Source: Promethearchaeia archaeon (lineage in GTDB: Archaea; Asgardarchaeota; Lokiarchaeia; Sigyniarchaeales; SOKP01). Taken from it: 64,000 bases of DNA. A model generated the notes under the pieces. That model was given only the letters and a program-made list of their open reading frames with translations, made no database searches and was not told the DNA's origin. The stretch spans positions 32,001 through 96,000 of the forward strand of contig JAHQWL010000023.1 in NCBI GenBank assembly GCA_029856155.1, in the 5' to 3' direction. Below, in pieces: positions 59,415 to 64,000 of the stretch; positions within the stretch are counted from its first letter, which is position 1, and each line of letters begins with the position of its first letter. The translations under genes were made by a program, and so were the position numbers.

Positions 59415-62400
59415 TCATAATCCTCCTTCTAACACATTTTTTATATATGGAGCAGTGGGGGTGTTCATTTTTGCTAATTCTTCCGGAGGACCTTTAGCAA
59501 TGATACGCCCTCCTTCTGGTCCTGCTCCTGGTCCTAATTCTATAAGCCAATCACAGGAAGCTAATACGTGTGGATGGTGCTCAATAACAATTACAGTATT
59601 ACCATTATCAACTAATAAATGTAATGTATCAATTAAATTAGACACATCTTCTAAATGCTGTCCAATAGTAGGTTCATCCAAAATATAAAGTGTTTTTCTA
59701 TTTGTTTTTTTGGATAGTTCCTTTACGATTTTAAGTCTTTGAGCTTCCCCTCCAGAAAGGGTGCGAGCAGGTTGGTTCAATTGTAAATATCCTAATCCTA
59801 CTTTTTTAGCATAAAGTAGTTTTAAAGCAATAGTTTCATATTCTTTAAATATTTCATGTGCTTCCTCAATTGTTAAATTTTTCACATCAGGCAAGGAAAC
59901 TCCACTGAAATGTACTTGCCAAGCTTCAGCTTGATAACCCGATCCTTTACAAGTTTCGCAAGTTTCAATGATGTCAGGGAGAAATTTCATATCTAATTTG
60001 ATATAACCTCGTCCCTTACAGACGGAACATCTTTTTTTTAATTTTTTTTCATCTAATCCTAAAATTCTTGCATCTTCACTCTCAGCAAATAGTTTAATTA
60101 TTGAAGGTTCTAATCCTAGAAATTTAAGAGGACTTCCAATTTTAGCCTTAGTTTGATCTATTAAAACCGTTTGAGATAATGTACCTTCAATCTTTTTATA
60201 TTTCCCTGGATCAATAGGTTCTCGAGATACTGAAGTTGTATGCTTTATAGGTACTAAGGCTCTTCCCAATGTATCAATTAATAAAGTACTTTTTCCTGAA
60301 CCTGAAACCCCACATAATCCTATTAATAAATTATGAGGAATCTCTACTAATTCACCTTTTAGATTATTTTCCTCTGCTCCAAAAATCTTTAGCCATTTCT
60401 TTGGTATTCGAGAATTTCTTGATAATTTAAATTTCTTTTTTCCACATAACCAGTCTCCTGTAATAGTATTAGATTTAATTATTTCTTCTAAAGTTCCTTT
60501 AGCTACGATCTCACCACCATTGACTCCTGCTCCTGGCCCCATATCAATAATATAATTGGCGAATTCCATAAATAGAGGATCATGTTCTATTGTTATAATT
60601 GTATTGCCTTTATCACGTAATTCCATTAGAACTTTTAATAATGCCATCAGTTCTGAAGGATGTAAACCCCTTGAGGGTTCATCAAGTAGAACAGTTAAGG
60701 ATGTTAAATCACTCCCTAATAATCCAGCTAATCGTACTCTCTGAGCTTCTCCAGCAGAAAGGCTCTCAGCAACACGATTTAAATTAATGTATCCTAGTCC
60801 CGTTTTGATTAGAAATTCTAAACGAGTTAAAATGATCTTAAAACTATTTTTCACAAATTCTGGTATATTATCTTCACCATTTCCATTTTTAAGAATTTCA
60901 AAGAGTTCCTTCAACGATATCTCGCACATCTGAGGAATATTATATCCATAAAGTGAGATAGCTAAATATTGAGGGCGTAATTTCATTCCATGACATTCAT
61001 CACATATCTCCTTATCTGTATATGTGCCTCCTACATCCCAATCTCTTAACCAGTGCTCATAAAAGCCTTGGAATTTATCTAATCTACTATATACATGTCC
61101 TTTTTTGTTTTCATATTCTATATCTAAAGGTTCTTTATCTCCAAATAGAAAAGCATTTTTTGCTACTTCTGACATATCATTCCAAGTTGTTGAGAAGGGA
61201 TCAAAACCATAACGAGTTGCGAGAGCTTGAACTATATAATAACCGTGATTATACGGCTTACACAAATATCCTTTTGGAAAAAATCCTGGAGAATACATTG
61301 CGCCATTACATAATGGTTTTTCAGGATGAATTATTAACTTATTTGGATTAGGAACTTGTGATGATCCTACTCCGTGGCACTTAAGACATGCTGCAGAGTA
61401 ATTTGTTGATATAAAATGCCTTGGATTAGCGAAAGGAATCGAAATATTGCACTCCATACAATACCATTTTTCCTCTCTTTCCATCCATTGATTACATTTA
61501 GGGCAACGAATTTTCCCCATATATGAAAAAATATTCGCTAAATGAAGTAAAATATCAGTAACTCTTCCTATAGTATTTCGAAGATTAAAATACCAGCCTT
61601 GTATTATTTTTTCTGGAATTATTAATGCCGTAATGCCTAAACCTCTAATATTTTCTACTAAAGCTTCAGTACTTTCTTTTGTGCTTTGTCTTTCATACAT
61701 TGACAAGGTTTCTAAATATCTTCGTCTTGCTTCTGTCTCAAGCGTATCCATAATCAGACTGGATTTACCTGATCCAGAAACTCCCGTAATTACAGTTAAT
61801 TTCTTTTTTGGTATCTCAACATTTACATTCTTTAAATTATGAATATGAGCGTTGTGAATGACAATTTTTTCTGAAATTTCGCTTTTCTGTTTTTCCTTTT
61901 CAATTAAAGGGTTAATATTTTCTTCTATTTTCAAAGCTTGAGCTGTAAGAGATTCCTCTACGTCTATAAACTCACTTAAAGGCCCTTGATAAATTATTTC
62001 TCCCCCTTTCGGCCCTGAACCTTGACCGAGGTCTATAATCCAATCAGCAGCTCTAATTATATCAATATTGTGTTCCACAATTACAATAGTGGCTCCAGAA
62101 TGAATTAATCTCTCTAAAATAGTTAATAAACCTGTTAAATCTTGAGAGTGTAACCCTGTTGAAGGCTCATCAAGAATAATCAATTGATCTTTTAAAGTTT
62201 TCCTTCCAAGGTATTTTGATAACTTAATTCGTTGAGCCTCACCCCCAGATAATGTTGGAGATGGTTGACCTAAAGAAAGATATCCCAAACCGATATCATT
62301 AAGAGCTTTTAACATTTGCTTTGCAGAATTAGTATCTGCAACAGACATTCTCTTTTCTTTATCAAAAATCTTTACAACATCTGAAATTGGTATATCATAT

Positions 62401-64000
62401 AATTCTGCAATAGAATATTCATTATCTTCAAATTTTACTTTTTCAGCTAGAATCTCTTCTGAAAATCTCTGACCATTACAGTCTGGACAGGTGATCCAAT
62501 TAGAGGGTAAATACTTCATCTTAATTTCAAGAGCACCCATCCCGTTACATGTTGGACATTGACCTTCTGGAGTATTGAATGAAAAATATGTAGCTTTAAA
62601 TTTAGTAGCTTTGGCATAGAGTTTTCTAATAACATCGGCAATATTGGTATAAGTAGCTGGATTTGATCTAGGATTTTTCCCAATAGGTCCTTGATCTACC
62701 ATTATGGGGTTCACTTTTAGACCATTAATTCTATTACAACCGATAGGTTCTTTTTGTTTTAATGAAGCAAACAAAACATCTTCTACTAATGTACTTTTTC
62801 CAGAGCCAGACACACCCGTGATAACTGTTAGACGGTTTAGGGGAATTTTAACATCAATATTTTTCAAATTATGTTTGTACGCTTTCTCTATTGTTAAAAA
62901 CAATTGAGGTTTAACTCTATGTTTGGGAATTTTTACCCGTTCTCTCAAGCTAAAAAACTTACCCGTGGGCGTTTCTGATTTCCATAACTCTGCAGGAGTA
63001 CCGGTAAATATTACCTCACCTCCTTCTCTTCCAGCACCCGGACCAATATCAATAACATTATCTGCATACATAGCAGCTTGCCGATCATGCTCAATATATA
63101 TTATTGGACCAGCAAGGTTCTGAAATAAGGGCAATAATCGTGCAACGTCAGCTGGATGCTGTCCAATTGTCGGTTCATCAAGGATATGAGTAATATCTTC
63201 TAATTCACTTAACAATGCAATGGCTAGTCGAACTCTTTGAGATTCTCCTCTAGATAATGTTGGTGAAACTCGATCTAATTCTAAATATTCTAACCCTACA
63301 GAATTTAATGCTATTAAACGTCTCTTAATTTCTTGTAATAGTCTAATTGTAATCGAAAATTCTTCTTTAGAGAAATAAGTGACTAGTTCCCCCACTGATT
63401 TTGTTAATATCTCGGGAAATAACATCCCCTCCCACGTAACATTAGATGCGAGTGGGTGATATCCAGTTTCATTACATTGTATACACCCTCTTCCCTTACA
63501 ATGGGGACAATTTTTCTTAAAATGTGTTGGTTCAAGCTCTCCAAACCAAGTGCCACATTCAACACATGCAGGAACTCGAGAAATAAGAGAATTCACTGAC
63601 TTTCCTTTAATTATTAACGAATTTGCCCCTAATGAAGAGATAGTTTTAACTATATCTCGGATCTCATTAATATTGGTGCTTGTGGTCACCTGACCTATTT
63701 GAATTTGAATATCATGAGGTTTTCTGGGATTTAAATTTGAAATTACGGGTTTTCCGTCCACCAAAATTGCTTCAAGGCTGAATTTCTTTTTTAAAAGCCC
63801 AATTAAGGTTTGATGACTCCCTTTTAATTTTCTTACTAAAAGAGCCGAAATTTTTATTGTCTCAATATTTCTTAATCCATCAATTTTTGCGATTATCTCA
63901 TCTTCTCTTAAAACAGACAATTTAGAACGGCATACAGAACATGTTCTATCGCCAAATCTAGCGTATAGTATTTTTAATAGAGGAATGAGACCTATTGCAG
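59415..64000 (-). CDS. tandem-duplicated UvrA-like ABC ATPase (5' end outside the window)
   Basis: Three GVSGSGKS Walker A motifs and four LSxGExQR signatures plus Zn fingers; the frame stays open to the window edge (...LYARFGDRTCSVC...). Confidence 0.88.
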   Translation of the reverse strand, partial: AIGLIPLLKILYARFGDRTCSVCRSKLSVLREDEIIAKIDGLRNIETIKISALLVRKLKGSHQTLIGLLKKKFSLEAILVDGKPVISNLNPRKPHDIQIQIGQVTTSTNINEIRDIVKTISSLGANSLIIKGKSVNSLISRVPACVECGTWFGELEPTHFKKNCPHCKGRGCIQCNETGYHPLASNVTWEGMLFPEILTKSVGELVTYFSKEEFSITIRLLQEIKRRLIALNSVGLEYLELDRVSPTLSRGESQRVRLAIALLSELEDITHILDEPTIGQHPADVARLLPLFQNLAGPIIYIEHDRQAAMYADNVIDIGPGAGREGGEVIFTGTPAELWKSETPTGKFFSLRERVKIPKHRVKPQLFLTIEKAYKHNLKNIDVKIPLNRLTVITGVSGSGKSTLVEDVLFASLKQKEPIGCNRINGLKVNPIMVDQGPIGKNPRSNPATYTNIADVIRKLYAKATKFKATYFSFNTPEGQCPTCNGMGALEIKMKYLPSNWITCPDCNGQRFSEEILAEKVKFEDNEYSIAELYDIPISDVVKIFDKEKRMSVADTNSAKQMLKALNDIGLGYLSLGQPSPTLSGGEAQRIKLSKYLGRKTLKDQLIILDEPSTGLHSQDLTGLLTILERLIHSGATIVIVEHNIDIIRAADWIIDLGQGSGPKGGEIIYQGPLSEFIDVEESLTAQALKIEENINPLIEKEKQKSEISEKIVIHNAHIHNLKNVNVEIPKKKLTVITGVSGSGKSSLIMDTLETEARRRYLETLSMYERQSTKESTEALVENIRGLGITALIIPEKIIQGWYFNLRNTIGRVTDILLHLANIFSYMGKIRCPKCNQWMEREEKWYCMECNISIPFANPRHFISTNYSAACLKCHGVGSSQVPNPNKLIIHPEKPLCNGAMYSPGFFPKGYLCKPYNHGYYIVQALATRYGFDPFSTTWNDMSEVAKNAFLFGDKEPLDIEYENKKGHVYSRLDKFQGFYEHWLRDWDVGGTYTDKEICDECHGMKLRPQYLAISLYGYNIPQMCEISLKELFEILKNGNGEDNIPEFVKNSFKIILTRLEFLIKTGLGYINLNRVAESLSAGEAQRVRLAGLLGSDLTSLTVLLDEPSRGLHPSELMALLKVLMELRDKGNTIITIEHDPLFMEFANYIIDMGPGAGVNGGEIVAKGTLEEIIKSNTITGDWLCGKKKFKLSRNSRIPKKWLKIFGAEENNLKGELVEIPHNLLIGLCGVSGSGKSTLLIDTLGRALVPIKHTTSVSREPIDPGKYKKIEGTLSQTVLIDQTKAKIGSPLKFLGLEPSIIKLFAESEDARILGLDEKKLKKRCSVCKGRGYIKLDMKFLPDIIETCETCKGSGYQAEAWQVHFSGVSLPDVKNLTIEEAHEIFKEYETIALKLLYAKKVGLGYLQLNQPARTLSGGEAQRLKIVKELSKKTNRKTLYILDEPTIGQHLEDVSNLIDTLHLLVDNGNTVIVIEHHPHVLASCDWLIELGPGAGPEGGRIIAKGPPEELAKMNTPTAPYIKNVLEGGL

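Noticed and set aside
2597-63123. Many 60-165 aa ORFs antisense to or nested in long genes (e.g. 26525-26947, 50454-50948, 59377-59688, 61022-61351)
   Set aside because: Shadow frames of well-supported genes; no motifs

Overview
Very AT-rich archaeal chromosomal DNA, almost certainly an Asgard archaeon of the Lokiarchaeia. Evidence for this: a Lokiactin-type actin, an Asgard profilin domain, SCP2 proteins, an atypical small GTPase, tRNA introns with bulge-helix-bulge (BHB) motifs, and TATA-box promoters. The left part carries two intron-containing tRNAs (Arg-UCG with two non-canonical introns; Asp-GUC) and housekeeping or metabolic genes (uxuA plus an SDR, thymidylate synthase, MutY, TatD, Maf, RimK-family ligase). 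Next comes an apparent four-gene operon: degenerate AAA+, SMC5/6-like protein, kleisin-like protein and KITE-like protein. The middle is an accessory region with an ArsR/Acr3 cluster, a TetR-SDR cassette, ChlI/D plus a CobN-like chelatase interrupted by one stop codon, and a methyltransferase/AbrB/ABC cluster. Then follow an actin locus, the leuACDB operon and a tandem-fused UvrA-like ATPase that runs off the window. Two candidate systems stand out. (1) A profilin-TrmB transcription-factor fusion lies directly downstream of actin, and a TTGTC-N10-GACAA palindrome abuts the TATA box of both the actin locus and a paralogous TrmB gene, suggesting actin-sensing transcriptional control. (2) An unannotated leader peptide ending in seven consecutive Leu codons, followed by a hairpin and U-tract, lies upstream of leuA, which looks like a bacterial-style amino-acid attenuator in an archaeon. 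All family calls come from reading motifs by eye; no database searches were run.
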